A stretch of 64,000 nucleotides of DNA from an uncultured virus (IMG/VR IMGVR_UViG_3300005201_000018). Lineage: Duplodnaviria; Heunggongvirae; Uroviricota; Caudoviricetes. Below are positions 1-11,527 of the stretch, piece after piece (positions within the stretch are counted from its first letter, which is position 1; every line of letters begins with the position of its first letter). The stretch is from the IMG/VR virus record IMGVR_UViG_3300005201_000018; one strand, 5' to 3'. Made by a program: the position numbers and the translations under genes. The notes under the pieces are model-generated. The model saw only the letters and a list, made by a program, of their open reading frames with translations, did not search any database and was not told the DNA's origin.

Positions 1-115
1 TGATATATACCTACCTGTAGAGAGCTCGGTAGTGGGGACTATGCGGGGTGGTGAAACTCCTGTGGATTCCCCGCCGAAGAGCCCACCGGACAATCCCAAA
101 TCCTTATCTTTCAAA

Positions 116-143
116 ATTATACCACAGAAAAAGAACTTGTCAA
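116..143 (-). promoter_or_regulatory. Consensus sigma70-type promoter pointing left out of the window
   Basis: Minus strand TTGACA(143-138)-16 nt-TATAAT(121-116), with TG extended -10. Confidence 0.75.
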
Positions 144-274
144 GTGTTTTTTGCAAAATTTATTTATTTTTTTCTAAATTGTCTCAAAAATGGCTCAAAA
201 ATCGCTAAAAAACAGCTCAAGTTATCCTAAAACCTGGCCGATAATTGTTGCGCGGAGGGAAAGGATGCTAAAAA

Positions 275-1741
275 GTGCAAGGCACAACCACACTCCTCAC
301 TACGCACGAAATGGCCTACGCTCTAGATATACACCCGTGCACACTGGAAGCCCTGGTAAACAACGGTATTATACCGCATACCTATATACAACCGCCAGGC
401 TCTGACACTAAGCAAGTCCGTTTTAATCCATACAGCGTGGTCGAATGGCTCCAGTCTGAACCACAGATCAAAAACTTGACAGGAAAAAATTACCTTGACG
501 GTCTGCGCAAACAGTATAAAACATACAGTCCTACCATCCGGGCTCTTAAAAACCTTAATGCTCAATTTGCACCAAAACGTGCGCCAAAAGGCTACAGCTT
601 GAGTAAAGTCCCAAGTAAAAAATACGGATTTTTATATTACGTCCGATATATCAGGAACGGAAAACTTATCCCTTCCAGATGGAATACACATACTAACAAT
701 CTTAAAGCAGCCGAACAATTCGCCCGGAACAACAGAGGAGAAATACTCACCGCTTATGACGCCGGGCGCACCGACTACGCAAATAGTATCCTCCGTATCA
801 TGGAGACGTATTATGAAAAAGACTCGGAATACCTCGAGGACGCGATGGACCTTGGAAGGAACTTCTCCGATAGAACACGCGCCAACTATCTTGGCGTAGT
901 CAAGAATGAATTTGTACCATTCCTCAAAGCGCGTGGCGTTAAATGTTACGCCGATATAACCCTAAAGATTATTACGAAATTTAGAATACACCTGCGCCGA
1001 AAAGGGAACAAACCACAATCCGTTAATAAGTATTTCGGCGCAATAAGAACGATGTTCGATCATCTTATGTCAGACGGCGTGATTCCTGACAACATAACGA
1101 AAAAAGTAAAAGCCCTTGACGAAGAAAAGTATATAAGGCAACGCGGCTGTTACGAAATTAGTAAGTTGTACGGTATATTCAAGCGCAAATGGCGCGACGA
1201 AATAGCGTACTTACTATGCCTGATAATATACAGCACAGGTCTCCGCAATAGTGAAATAGAAAATATAACCCTCCAGGATATCATTAAAATTAAAACGTGC
1301 AGGTTTATCAATGTTAAGACAAGCAAAACAGTCAACGGTGTACGTATCGTGCCGCTACATCCGCTTGTTTACCAGAAAATAATTACATATGCAAAGAAAA
1401 ATGCTAAAACCGCTGATGAGACGATCTTCTGCTTTCCTGGGCGCAAACACGATGAGTTCTACAAACGCGCCAATCTAACCCTCGGCAAGCGGCTACGAAT
1501 GACTGAAGCAAACCTTGAAGCTGAAAATATAACGTTCTACTCCGGCAGGCACTACTGGAAAACCCTTATGAACGCGCACGAACTAGGCGACATTGAAGAA
1601 ATCTTCATGGGCCACAAAGTCAGCGCCGATGTCGCAAAACGCTACAACCACCGCGATAAACAAGGACAACAGCTTGTGCTTAAAAAAGCACGGGAAGTCT
1701 TTGCTATACTGGATAAAACGTTATTTAAGCAAAGAAGCTAA
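275..1741 (+). CDS. int: Tyrosine recombinase/integrase with N-terminal excisionase-like HTH
   Basis: GLRNSE (R), KT (K), YSGRH, MGH, RYNH (Y) catalytic motifs; N-terminal LLTTHEMAYALDIHPCTL HTH-like segment. Confidence 0.9.
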   Translation: MQGTTTLLTTHEMAYALDIHPCTLEALVNNGIIPHTYIQPPGSDTKQVRFNPYSVVEWLQSEPQIKNLTGKNYLDGLRKQYKTYSPTIRALKNLNAQFAPKRAPKGYSLSKVPSKKYGFLYYVRYIRNGKLIPSRWNTHTNNLKAAEQFARNNRGEILTAYDAGRTDYANSILRIMETYYEKDSEYLEDAMDLGRNFSDRTRANYLGVVKNEFVPFLKARGVKCYADITLKIITKFRIHLRRKGNKPQSVNKYFGAIRTMFDHLMSDGVIPDNITKKVKALDEEKYIRQRGCYEISKLYGIFKRKWRDEIAYLLCLIIYSTGLRNSEIENITLQDIIKIKTCRFINVKTSKTVNGVRIVPLHPLVYQKIITYAKKNAKTADETIFCFPGRKHDEFYKRANLTLGKRLRMTEANLEAENITFYSGRHYWKTLMNAHELGDIEEIFMGHKVSADVAKRYNHRDKQGQQLVLKKAREVFAILDKTLFKQRS

Positions 1742-2006
1742 AGGTTCTGTTTCAAAACGCTTTCGCAATTCTGGAAGTTTAGACCTGAAGGCACACTTGT
1801 CGTTGTTTTTATAATAAGAACAGTGCCCGTCCGGTATTTCGATACAAAACAAACACTCGTTTTCACGGAGTTTTGTTATACAGTCCGACTGCATCTGTGC
1901 TAAGTCTTTCATAAAACTTATCCTCCTTTAATCAGCTTGTGCTTAAAAAGCACGGGAAGTCTTTGCGATATTGGACAAGACGTTGTTCAAACAGAAGAAA
2001 CCTTAA
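1670..2006 (+). repeat. Diverged direct repeat of the integrase 3' end (1670-1738 vs 1933-~2000)
   Basis: cagcttgtgcttaaaaa(a)gcacgggaagtctttgc... occurs twice. Confidence 0.9.
1721..1912 (-). CDS. Small Cys-rich hypothetical protein
   Basis: 63-aa ORF with AAGGAGG RBS. Confidence 0.6.
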   Translation of the reverse strand: MKDLAQMQSDCITKLRENECLFCIEIPDGHCSYYKNNDKCAFRSKLPELRKRFETEPLASLLK

Positions 2007-2356
2007 CCAGTCAACACAAGGTTAAAAAGGGCACGTTCACGGAATTCATCAAGATTGATCCATCCGTATGTTGTATAAACTTGCGGTTTACCATTGAAAT
2101 TACGGCAGACCTGATCTGGATGCCCAGGATAAATTTTACCACCCGAAAGTGCGGCTAATTCTTCAAGGCTGTTATACGGTACACCTGTTTCCTTGTACTC
2201 CCCTTTTGTCTCTAACGGTTTCCACATATCCCTCACACCATGACACCAACTGTGTGGCTCCTCTGCCTTATCGGTACAAATACCGTTTTGGTTGTACGCA
2301 CAGCTAAAATCTTCACATTTCCCACCGCAACTATCGGCACGCATAGTATCACACAT
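2003..2356 (-). CDS. Hypothetical protein, Cys-rich N-terminus
   Basis: 117-aa ORF in the leftward gene run. Confidence 0.6.
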   Translation of the reverse strand: MCDTMRADSCGGKCEDFSCAYNQNGICTDKAEEPHSWCHGVRDMWKPLETKGEYKETGVPYNSLEELAALSGGKIYPGHPDQVCRNFNGKPQVYTTYGWINLDEFRERALFNLVLTG

Positions 2357-2368
2357 TTTCCTGTCCCC

Positions 2369-2911
2369 TTAACTTTGATTGTACAACAGTTTCTCGATCT
2401 CATCAACCGGTTTCGTAAAGATAGGGTAGTATTCCTTATCCTTCAAGCAGATACACACGCAATCAATCACCTGTTTTCGCATCTTCTCCACAAGGTACTT
2501 GTACACCGAAAGCTGCCATGTTACATAGTCCCTTTTGAAGATGCCTTTTTTAATGTCGAAAAGCATAAGCCCGTCGCCTACTGAAAGTACAATGTCAATC
2601 GCCGACGCATACTTATCGAAATCAGAAATTAAAACCTCTGAATGTAGTTGCCCATTGGGGTATTCTTTACGAAGCGTTTCTACCAGCCACTGAACGCCGG
2701 GATGTACACTTCCAGGGTCTCCCGTCTCAATCCAGCGCTGTATGGCCTTATGAACATGGATACCCTCCTCTGCGTGTTCCCCTACGAACTCGTTGTTGTA
2801 CTTTAGCCCTAACTTTTTAGACACCAAGCCGGTAATGCCGGAAAGCTGCTTCCCCTTGTACCAGTACTCGTGTTTCTGTTCGTCAAATGTAACGCCTGGC
2901 GCTAGGGTCAT
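2369..2911 (-). CDS. PD-(D/E)XK (Cas4/RecB-like) exonuclease
   Basis: FDEQKHEY, GIHVHKAI, SE...ID...DIK and WQLSVY motifs. Confidence 0.75.
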   Translation of the reverse strand: MTLAPGVTFDEQKHEYWYKGKQLSGITGLVSKKLGLKYNNEFVGEHAEEGIHVHKAIQRWIETGDPGSVHPGVQWLVETLRKEYPNGQLHSEVLISDFDKYASAIDIVLSVGDGLMLFDIKKGIFKRDYVTWQLSVYKYLVEKMRKQVIDCVCICLKDKEYYPIFTKPVDEIEKLLYNQS

Positions 2912-3156
2912 ATCTCATCATCCTCCAAACCAATATAAACTACTCCTGTACCACGCTTAGTAGCATACAGCAGATTATCGCTACCAGGTATAGACTTTAC
3001 TTTTATCAGTTGGACTACTGTAGCACAACCAAGTGCTTTATAGTACGCGCTGCTATCGTCATCCACCTCATCACAGCAACCTTCACATTCACGTAGCACA
3101 ACTAACGCATCTTGCGGCATAGTGCCCAAACACGCTATCAGATCCTTTACGCGCAT
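2908..3156 (-). CDS. Hypothetical protein
   Basis: 82-aa ORF closely coupled to neighbours. Confidence 0.6.
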   Translation of the reverse strand: MRVKDLIACLGTMPQDALVVLRECEGCCDEVDDDSSAYYKALGCATVVQLIKVKSIPGSDNLLYATKRGTGVVYIGLEDDEI

Positions 3157-3157
3157 A

Positions 3158-3871
3158 TTAGGCCCCCTTCTCGAACAACCCTACCACAAAATTAAGCTCC
3201 GGGTTCGTAAGCGCCTGTATATCCTTATACTTCTTTCGCAGTTTGGCAACAGCGCTTCTTTCGTTAGGCATCAACAGCCGATACTCTAACCCCTTCAAAC
3301 GCTCCGCTACTGCCGGACTTGCAAAATGCTGCGCGACCGGTATATCCATGTAGCCGGGCTTCTTGAACAGAAGAAGGCAGGAGAGATATACACTGTTGTA
3401 GAACCAATCCAGGTCGGCGCCCTGCTTCAGTTTTGGGACAGCTAACTCGGTCTTCTCTGCCTCAAGAGCTGCAATCATTGACTCATAGAAGTCAAAATGC
3501 TCCATCGCCCAGGGGTCCATGGGCACGCCAAGCCTGTCTGCTTCGGTCTTAATTAAGTCCGTTAATATGTCAGGATCAAAGCAATGCCATACAATATACG
3601 GATTAAAACGCGTCATCCGTACCGTGTTGTCCCTTGTCTCAACAAACAGAGGCTCCTTCGCCAGACCATTCGTGTATAACGTGTCGTTGATGTTCACAAG
3701 AAGCCTAACGGCAGCGTCCCCGATATAGCTCTCGTGCACCTCACCGGTAACGAATATCCTTGCCGCTACCTTGTTTTTATCAGCCAAGGCTGCTATCACT
3801 GCCTGGTCCTCTTCTTGCATTTTGCCCCTGGTTGTCCAGGATTCCTTTTCCATAACCTCTCCTTTTTCCAT
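3158..3871 (-). CDS. Hypothetical protein
   Basis: 237-aa ORF; alternative start at 3853. Confidence 0.7.
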   Translation of the reverse strand: MEKGEVMEKESWTTRGKMQEEDQAVIAALADKNKVAARIFVTGEVHESYIGDAAVRLLVNINDTLYTNGLAKEPLFVETRDNTVRMTRFNPYIVWHCFDPDILTDLIKTEADRLGVPMDPWAMEHFDFYESMIAALEAEKTELAVPKLKQGADLDWFYNSVYLSCLLLFKKPGYMDIPVAQHFASPAVAERLKGLEYRLLMPNERSAVAKLRKKYKDIQALTNPELNFVVGLFEKGA

Positions 3872-3877
3872 TGTACT

Positions 3878-4282
3878 TTACTTCTCTCCCTTTGTCGAGC
3901 CTTGATTTACCTGGACCTTAAACTCCGGCCTATACTCGACGTGTTCGGCAATGACCACAACCTTAGATTCCTGTTTTCCACGGGCACCCTGCCAACGATA
4001 TTCTCTAAGCCGCCCGACGACTCTGACACCCCTGCCTTTTTTGCCTAAGTTCTCTGTCGCTTGTGCCAACGTGCCCCACACCTCAACGGTAAATTGAGAC
4101 ACTTCCGCACACCGCTTATTTGGCGCATCCGGATCTCGTTCACACCTGTATGATACAATATCAAATGTGCCGACAGGTGTTCCTTTTGGCGTTGTCCGAC
4201 ACTTCGGATCATCGGCAAGCGTCCCTTCAATTAGGACGCTGTTCAGATTATTCATGCAATCTGAATTATTATCTTTGCTCAT
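3878..4282 (-). CDS. ssb: Single-stranded DNA-binding protein, spirochaete-type short form
   Basis: NNLNSVLIEGTL..DP, VEVWG.LA, KKGRGVRVVGRL, VIAEHVEYRP OB-fold motifs. Confidence 0.9.
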   Translation of the reverse strand: MSKDNNSDCMNNLNSVLIEGTLADDPKCRTTPKGTPVGTFDIVSYRCERDPDAPNKRCAEVSQFTVEVWGTLAQATENLGKKGRGVRVVGRLREYRWQGARGKQESKVVVIAEHVEYRPEFKVQVNQGSTKGEK

Positions 4283-6196
4283 TGTTCTCCTCCTTTACTT
4301 CATCGCACCGGCAGCTAACGATACGTTTTTCCTCGTCGTCGCTGTCGAAAAACTCACAATCTTGACACGCTGTCGAACTGACGTTGGTTAGCGAATCCAA
4401 GTACACATGTTTATACGGACAACGCGTTAAGCACCTTCCGAAGGTGCCTACTTTGTAATGTATTTTCCTCATAAGTCCTTCATCTCCATTAACGTCGCAA
4501 CGTCATTGAGCATTTGTGCAAGCTCACGTAAATTCTCTGGTTTTGTTGTACGCATCCCAGGGACAGTAACTTGTGCACAATTTTCTTCCTGAATGAGTTC
4601 AACATTCCCCATCACCGTGCTGTAGCTATGCTTTGTTATCGTTTCCCTTTTAACCGCCATTCCTCTCCTCCTTACTCGTCATCTAGCTCTTTAACCGCAG
4701 CTACTTTAACACTCAAATCAAGGTTGTCAAAAAGCGCGTTACCACCTACAACCGACTCCACATACGCTAGTACGTCATCTACGGATTCAATCGTAATACC
4801 ATTTTCATGACATATACCCCACTCAATTATAAGACCAACCTCACACCTCATGGCTCACCTCCTTATGTGCGATAAACATTTCTGCATCTGACCTGTTAAT
4901 AAACAAGGCAACAATCTCGTAACCAAGTTCCTCGTCGCCGCCTAACACGTTATACCAGGTATCAAAATCCTCTGCGGACAATGCTGTCCCTTCCTTAATT
5001 ATATGTTTCATAAATCCTCCTTTAATTTACACAAAAAGATGGCCTCATCCAGCGTCAAGCGTAAATCTATCTCCGGTTTCATCCCTATTCCTCATTTGGC
5101 GGTAACAGCCGCCTGCCACATGAGGGGCAATGTTTCAGTTGCTCCCAAATAACACCTTCTTCATCCACAAACCATAAATGTCCACACACGGGGCAATCTA
5201 TCTTATTGTTCATGCGGCTGTACTTCCACCGCAGCGGCTCGCCAAAATCACGCTCCCACTTTTCGTTCAGGGCGGCAGTTGTAAAATCGCAGAATTCGTT
5301 GAACAATTTTATATCATTTTTAAGCCCGAAAAAGTTATGAAAATACGCCCTTAGTAACGGTTTAGGAGAATTGTTATAAGTACCGTATATTAAGTATTGC
5401 CAGTCAGAACCGGTGCCACGGACAAATGGCGACTTTAACAGTTCTTTAAGCGTTGTTGGTTTCATACAGTCTCCTTTGATAGGTAATTCAAAGCCGCCAT
5501 ATATTGTTCTTCATTACACTTTACCTGAACCAGTAAACCTTGTACCGTTAATATATCAGCATAAGAATTTAACTTTGTGCCTCTATCACGGAATCCAATA
5601 TGGGGAACAAACTGCATCCTAACTATCACACTCATTCCGGCCTCCAGCTTGCAAGAATTGTTTGTATACAAGTAGGACAATAATGCTTATCTAAATTCTC
5701 ATTTACTGTCCAGCCGTGCTCTTTTGCTTCTTTATACAAAAAGTTTGCACCCAGTTTTTCGGCATCTTCTTTTTTGCACCTACCCCCTTCTATGATACAG
5801 CCGCAACAGTTGCACTTCATTACTATCGCCTCGTAGACATCGGTACGTTCTTCAATTAAAATCATTGTTTGGCCTCCAGTCATCAGGCGGCGGCACGGGC
5901 GGATCGGCGATGACAACGGCAGGGCTTCTTTCTACGATGACAGAGCTTTTGTTATATTCGCCTAATACCCAGCCTGCATTACCCATAAAAGAAACAAAAA
6001 TCCACACAGCGCCCTTTTCAGGATACGCCTTCCCCGTGCGCTTTTCGTACTGCTCCGGCGTTTCGTAGTCGGGAACAGCTTCAAAAACATCAAGAACTCT
6101 ACAAAAAGGACATAAATGCTCATCTTCAGACAACAAATTTATTTTGTCATTACCTGCCCTGTACTCGCTCCCGCAGTTTTTACAGTAGTATTTCAT
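4269..6196 (-). other. Run of small hypothetical genes, several with CxxC zinc ribbons (4269-4472, 4469-4660, 5085-5465, 5462-5680, 5632-5865, 5852-6196)
   Basis: Closely packed minus-strand ORFs, several with start/stop overlaps and GGAG RBSs. Confidence 0.65.
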
Positions 6197-7157
6197 ACCT
6201 TCACCCCTGTTATCTCTTCAAACACTCCTTTGTCCAAATGCGGCATTTTCCGTATGGCATTACGTTCAGCAAAAGAAAGATTACTCCAGAATATCTGCCA
6301 TGATTTTTTGTATGACATATGCCGGTAATCACCGAACTTCCCAGTACTGGTACGCACCCTGTACCTTACAAGGTTAAAACGTTCACAAATCATATACCCC
6401 AGCGAGTTGGTCAACTCCCTATACTCGCTCTCTGTAAGAGACTTATTAAATGCCTCATAGGATATTCTCTTAGACATGAATACACCTGCGGAGTTATTAC
6501 AGGCATTAAAGTTGCCGCTGTTCCGGTCGCCGCTGTTCCGGTTGCCGCTGTTCAGGTCGCCGCTGTTCCGGTTGCCGCTGTTCAGGTCGCCGCTGTTCCG
6601 GTCGCCGCNNNNNNNNNNNNNNNNNNNNNNNNNNNNNNNNNNNNNNNNNNNNNNNNNNNNNNNNNNNNNNNNNNNNNNNNNNNNNNNNNNNNNNNNNNNN
6701 NNNNNNNNNNNNNNNNNNNNNNNNNNNNNNNNNNNNNNNNNNNNNNNNNNNNNNTGTTCCGGTCGCCGCTGTTCCGGTTGCCGCTGTTCAGGTCGCCGCT
6801 GTTCCGGTCGCCGCTGTTCAGGTCGCCGCTGTTCCGGTCGCCGCTGTTCAAAATACCCGTATTATTTTTTCCAACATTAACCAAGGATAAAACTTCCTCA
6901 CGGCTCAACTCGCGTACAATTTTGATATGATCTGTAACGCTCTTATCGCCCTCAGTAATAACCTCTCCAAAAGCTTCAACTTCACACACCCGACAGTCGC
7001 GTAAATTATAATACCCTTCTATGTCGCTCAAGTTTTTGCAGAAGTGAAAACCTCTGTTGCATAAAGAGATTGGTAGCTCATCTCGATACTCATTCCCAAC
7101 CTCATACTGGAACCCCCTACACGTTAAATCTTTGTCAAAGCCTTTATACCCTTTCAT
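6193..7157 (-). CDS. Phage pentapeptide (NSGDR/NSGDL/NSGNR) repeat protein spanning an assembly gap
   Basis: MKGYKGFDKDLTCRGFQYEVG N-domain, then the repeats, then NFNACNNSAGVF reading in frame into ORF 6193-6477; frame across the N run is assumed. Confidence 0.8.
6511..6850. repeat. 15-bp tandem repeat array (ccgctgttc[c/a]ggt[c/t]g) with internal N gap
   Basis: Seen on both sides of the gap at 6609-6754; true copy number unknown. Confidence 0.95.
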
Positions 7158-8249
7158 ACCAAAGCCCCCTCTTCCTGCGCCTGCTTCAACCTTATATACT
7201 CATCTGCGTCTTCCTTGCTTCCAAATAACGCAATACCCTTACCCGCATCGGCAGTATCGCACTCATCGTAGCGATAAACCTCAAAGTACTCATCAGTTCC
7301 AAATACCCCGTGGTAGTATGGGTATTTTGATATTCCATAACTCATAATTCCTCCTCAACAGCCGGATAAATAACTTCCGAAACATCACGCAAATCATCCA
7401 GTATAGGCGCGGCATCATAGCTATCAAGATACGCCACTAACACTTCGTAAGCCTGCTCATCTGTCAAATCTGGGCGCACTTGCTGCACATCTTTTATTGA
7501 CCACGGCACACAAATACGCTCGCGCTCATTCTCCAAATCACAGCTTCGCACATCAATACCATATTTTTCCCACAACTCACTCACTGCCATTTCCCTTGCT
7601 TTGTCTTCGGTCAAATACTCCTCCGTAAACAGCAATTTCACGGTAAATGACAGCTCAAATGTCTTTTCCATTTTTCCTCCTTACCATTCTGCCCGGTACG
7701 GCGTATTTTTCACCTGCTTAATGATCTCCCGGATTCGTTTCTTTGATAACGTACCTTCGTCCATATCAATTCCAAGCTGGTCATACACATAAATCCTTGT
7801 CGCTTCGATGAACGCGACTACTAAAAATGTATCTTCACAATTTGCCCGCATCTCTACATAACGATCATCGCCATACGTGTTACAAGCAAACTCAAACGCG
7901 CTATTAACCCAATGCAGATGTCTGCGAACAAAATTATCTGCCTCAACATTAGAGTAGAACATAACGCCATCACAATTCTCTGTTTCCCATACACGATCTG
8001 GCAACTCGTCAGCGGTCAACTCACCATTACCAATATCGCCAAGCGTATCCAATACCTTCCCACGGATATAGTCGTCAATGTCGTCATCCGTAGCCATGCG
8101 CCGGAGGACCTCCTGCTGTTTCTTTAGCAACAAAGTCCCACAATTCGGACAGTAGCGCGGTTGTGAAAAACACAATCCTCCCAAATCGACGCAACATTCT
8201 AGACACGTCATATTTGCCATAAAAACCTCCTTCTATCCTTGCTATTCCT

Positions 8250-8280
8250 TACGCAAAAAAACACTGCTTACGTGAAAAAA
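8250..8280 (-). promoter_or_regulatory. Early motif copy 1
   Basis: Plus strand TACGCAAAAA...TACGTGAAAAAA, upstream of gene 7681-8220. Confidence 0.8.
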
Positions 8281-9930
8281 TAAAAAGCAGAAGAAAAGTG
8301 CGCGCTTCATTACCCTGTAGCATAGGCACACCCCACCAGGTCGTGTTTTCTTCTGCTTTTAATTACGCATAGAATTCGACCACGTAACAGTCTCCGTCAA
8401 AAATATCCTTGTACATAATTTCAAGCGCACGTACTATCTCGCCACTATCTGCCATATCTCTTACGTCGGACGCGACGCCTAAATTACGGAGCGCATGACA
8501 GATTGCAGAAGCAACCTTGTTGTACCCGTACCCACCTGCTTTACCGACGCTGTGTGTACAAAAATCCCCACGGAGCCAAATAATTGCATAGTACACAGAA
8601 GCTCCCGAACTTCTCCCTGTGTACACACGTACGTCTATCACGGCGCTACCTTCTGACTTTCGCAGCACCTTATACCCACGGACGATCTCCTTACTTCTTA
8701 TATTACCAATATCCGGGTATACCCCTGTACTTAAATTGTACTGGTAACACTGACCGTCTTCCCTTTGTACGTTAAACACGTCATTTTTAACCATTTTGCG
8801 CCTCCCTGTGCGATTCAAACTTTCCTTCGCAGATAAGCTGCCACACCCATTTAGCGCAATCAAGCCTGCTGCTATTGGTGCTCATCTTTGTTACTGCCAC
8901 CCACGGCACATCATAGCCGTCTACGGTAATCGTCTCACTTGTAATCTGCATTTCCGGTCCGTCTTTCACCTGTACACCGACAAGCACATCATGCTTCATA
9001 CAGACATGAGAAAAGCGCCCAAGTAGTTTTTCTTTGCCGCGATTAAGTGAACCTGTTGCTTCCCTAATCTCCCCACTGCCTGACGGCATCAGCTCCCAGC
9101 TTGCCATATCATAACCCCCTTACGCTATTGCTTCTTCCGCTTCTTCCGGCACAAACTCTAAACAATTTTCAAACGCGCCGTTGCACACCAAATCATCCTC
9201 AATGTGCCACCTGAAGTCCTCTGACCACAACTCTCTATCCGTCTTCCCGTCAAGACCGGCCTCGTCATCCCACATGAGAAAATCCAAAGCCTGCCATATA
9301 GACCGCTCCCAGTCCTTTGAGTATTCATCTAGCCACTTTGTGTTAACATTCCAATCGTCAAGATTATTCGCCATCCAGGACCAAAATCCGTCATAGCTGC
9401 TATACTGCTTATGCAAAAAAGCGTCAAAGTCGCTCCGCTCTCTGCACATGGTGAACAGCCGCTCAATCTCTTTCAAGCTTATAGACAATTCAAATACTGC
9501 CGCGTCCCCTGCGAAATTGTACTCCCTCGGCCTGTCTATACCGGTAAACTTCGCCTTGGCCTTTATGCCGCGCTCTTTTATCCTCTCATTGAAAGTGTCT
9601 AACCATGCTTCACTTATTATTTTGCACGCCTTCCAGGAGTTACATTCATAATGTCCCTCTTGCCATTCAGGGTTCCTTACCCGCAACTCCGTTATATCGA
9701 CGAAAGGTACCGTATTATCCGCTTCATTGAACAACGGCATTTGGCCCTCTTCATGGATATACTTACCGTATCTGTTGTCATCATCGTTGTGCCACTCATT
9801 GGCGTCTTCTTCCAGGCGCTCCATAAAGCCGTCAAACTGCCAATACATATCCGGCTGTATTACCGAAAATAGATTACTTGACATCTTGAGTTTCATATTA
9901 CCCTCCTGTTGTTTTTTCTCCCTCATCCTT

Positions 9931-9961
9931 TACGCAAAAAGCGCTTGATTACGTGAAAAAA
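9931..9961 (-). promoter_or_regulatory. Early motif copy 2
   Basis: Same bipartite motif, 19-bp period. Confidence 0.8.
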
Positions 9962-11496
9962 TAATTTTTATTCTATTGCTTCGTATGCGTCCATATCTGT
10001 TATGTGCGTATCATCATCCCCGGCTATATGCCTTTCAAGATGTCTCACTACAGAGTCGATGGCATAGTCCTCATCTTCTGCTTCCACATTATAGACCTCT
10101 ATGGTTACTTTTACGTTGTATTTCACAATGCCACCTCCCAATCAACCGGAATATATCCGTCAGCACACCGCATTTTTATTCCCCAGCACGCTTCGTACTC
10201 TTCTATGACTGTTCTCCTTTGCCCTGGAGTCAAATCGGAAAACTTTATCCTTGTACCTGCATAGAAACTGCTTTTTTCGCCTTCCCCATGATAGTAGTTC
10301 CCATTTTGCGACATACCGACATAGTACACACGCCCGATATACGGATTTTCCTTTACCGTTCTTGGTAATTGCCAGATGGAGTATTTCGTAAAGACAACTG
10401 TCCAGGCATCTTGTACCCCTTCTCGCAGTGCCTTCTTGCTCACAAAACAAGCTATGTATCGCGGCGCAAAATCTTTAATATGCGTTATGAGCTTACCATG
10501 CCTTCCGGGTTTGGTTATGGTGCCTACTGTCATACCGGTTCCTTATGCCCCTTACGCCTGGACTCCCTTGCCTTATGCAAGGCGTCCATTTCCTCTGCGG
10601 AATAGTGCGTAGGCTTTGCCTTACCGAAACACCCCTTGTGAAACGCTCTTTTACCGTGGTACTTCTTTGTAGCTACGGTTCCGGGAAACGATTCCTTATA
10701 CATACATATCCTCCTTAATTAAACTAAGGCCGCCATGATCGTCTTCATACCACACGTTCGGCCAAAATCGCGCTGTGTCCATAGACAGTTTTATAACCGT
10801 TATAGCGTCGTCGTATGACGGATAACTGCCTAACCCCTGCCCTGGAAGATACCGACCCCGGTATAACTGCCCAAAGGCCCTGTGTCGTACATGATATAGT
10901 CGCCGTCTTGCGGCTCTAATGTGCCAAGTTCTGCCATACATTCCTCACTACGCGCCTACTTCCACAAGCGCCTTCCGTGTCTTTACCTCGGTATATTCCT
11001 CATCAACAACCTTATAATCCCTTGCCATACGCACCGTCTCAAGAAGTATGTCCTCTGCCAGGCGATCAAAATCGCGGATAAGTTTCACTCTGTCTCGTAA
11101 CTGATCCATATCCCAATCAGCAAAGTCCTCTCCCTGATCCACCCCACGGCCACAATACACACCGTCCTTTCCTTTTCCTTGGTATAGCACTAAATATCCA
11201 CTTGACCTGCCATTAAACCCTGCCTGCCAGGTATAGCTATGTTCTTCCGCAAAGAGGGCTACAAGATCATTTATCTGCCACCAGTATTCTTCACACTCTA
11301 TGAGTTCAAACACTTTACTCTCTACTTCGCCAAATCCTGCCTCATAGATCTTCATGTTGTGTGCGTAAGAAGTGGACAAATTATGCGAACCCATTGTGTA
11401 ATACCTGAAATGCCCTGCAAGGTATTCTATCATTGCCTCCCTTGACTGCGTGTCAACTTCCTGTATAAATGTTTTCATAAAACCTCCTGCATTTAC

Positions 11497-11527
11497 TACG
11501 CAAAAAACAACTGCCTACGTGAAAAAA
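11497..11527 (-). promoter_or_regulatory. Early motif copy 3
   Basis: Same motif just upstream of the RBS of 10948-11478. Confidence 0.8.

Noticed and set aside
2369..2911. Cas4 as part of a CRISPR system
   Set aside because: Stand-alone phage PD-(D/E)XK nuclease; no four-Cys cluster pattern and no cas neighbours
6511..6850. CRISPR array
   Set aside because: Contiguous 15-bp coding repeats without spacers; no cas operon
6319..6930. Plus-strand ORFs 6319-6930 and 6476-6880
   Set aside because: Shadow frames of the stop-free repeat array; the minus strand carries the recognisable gene
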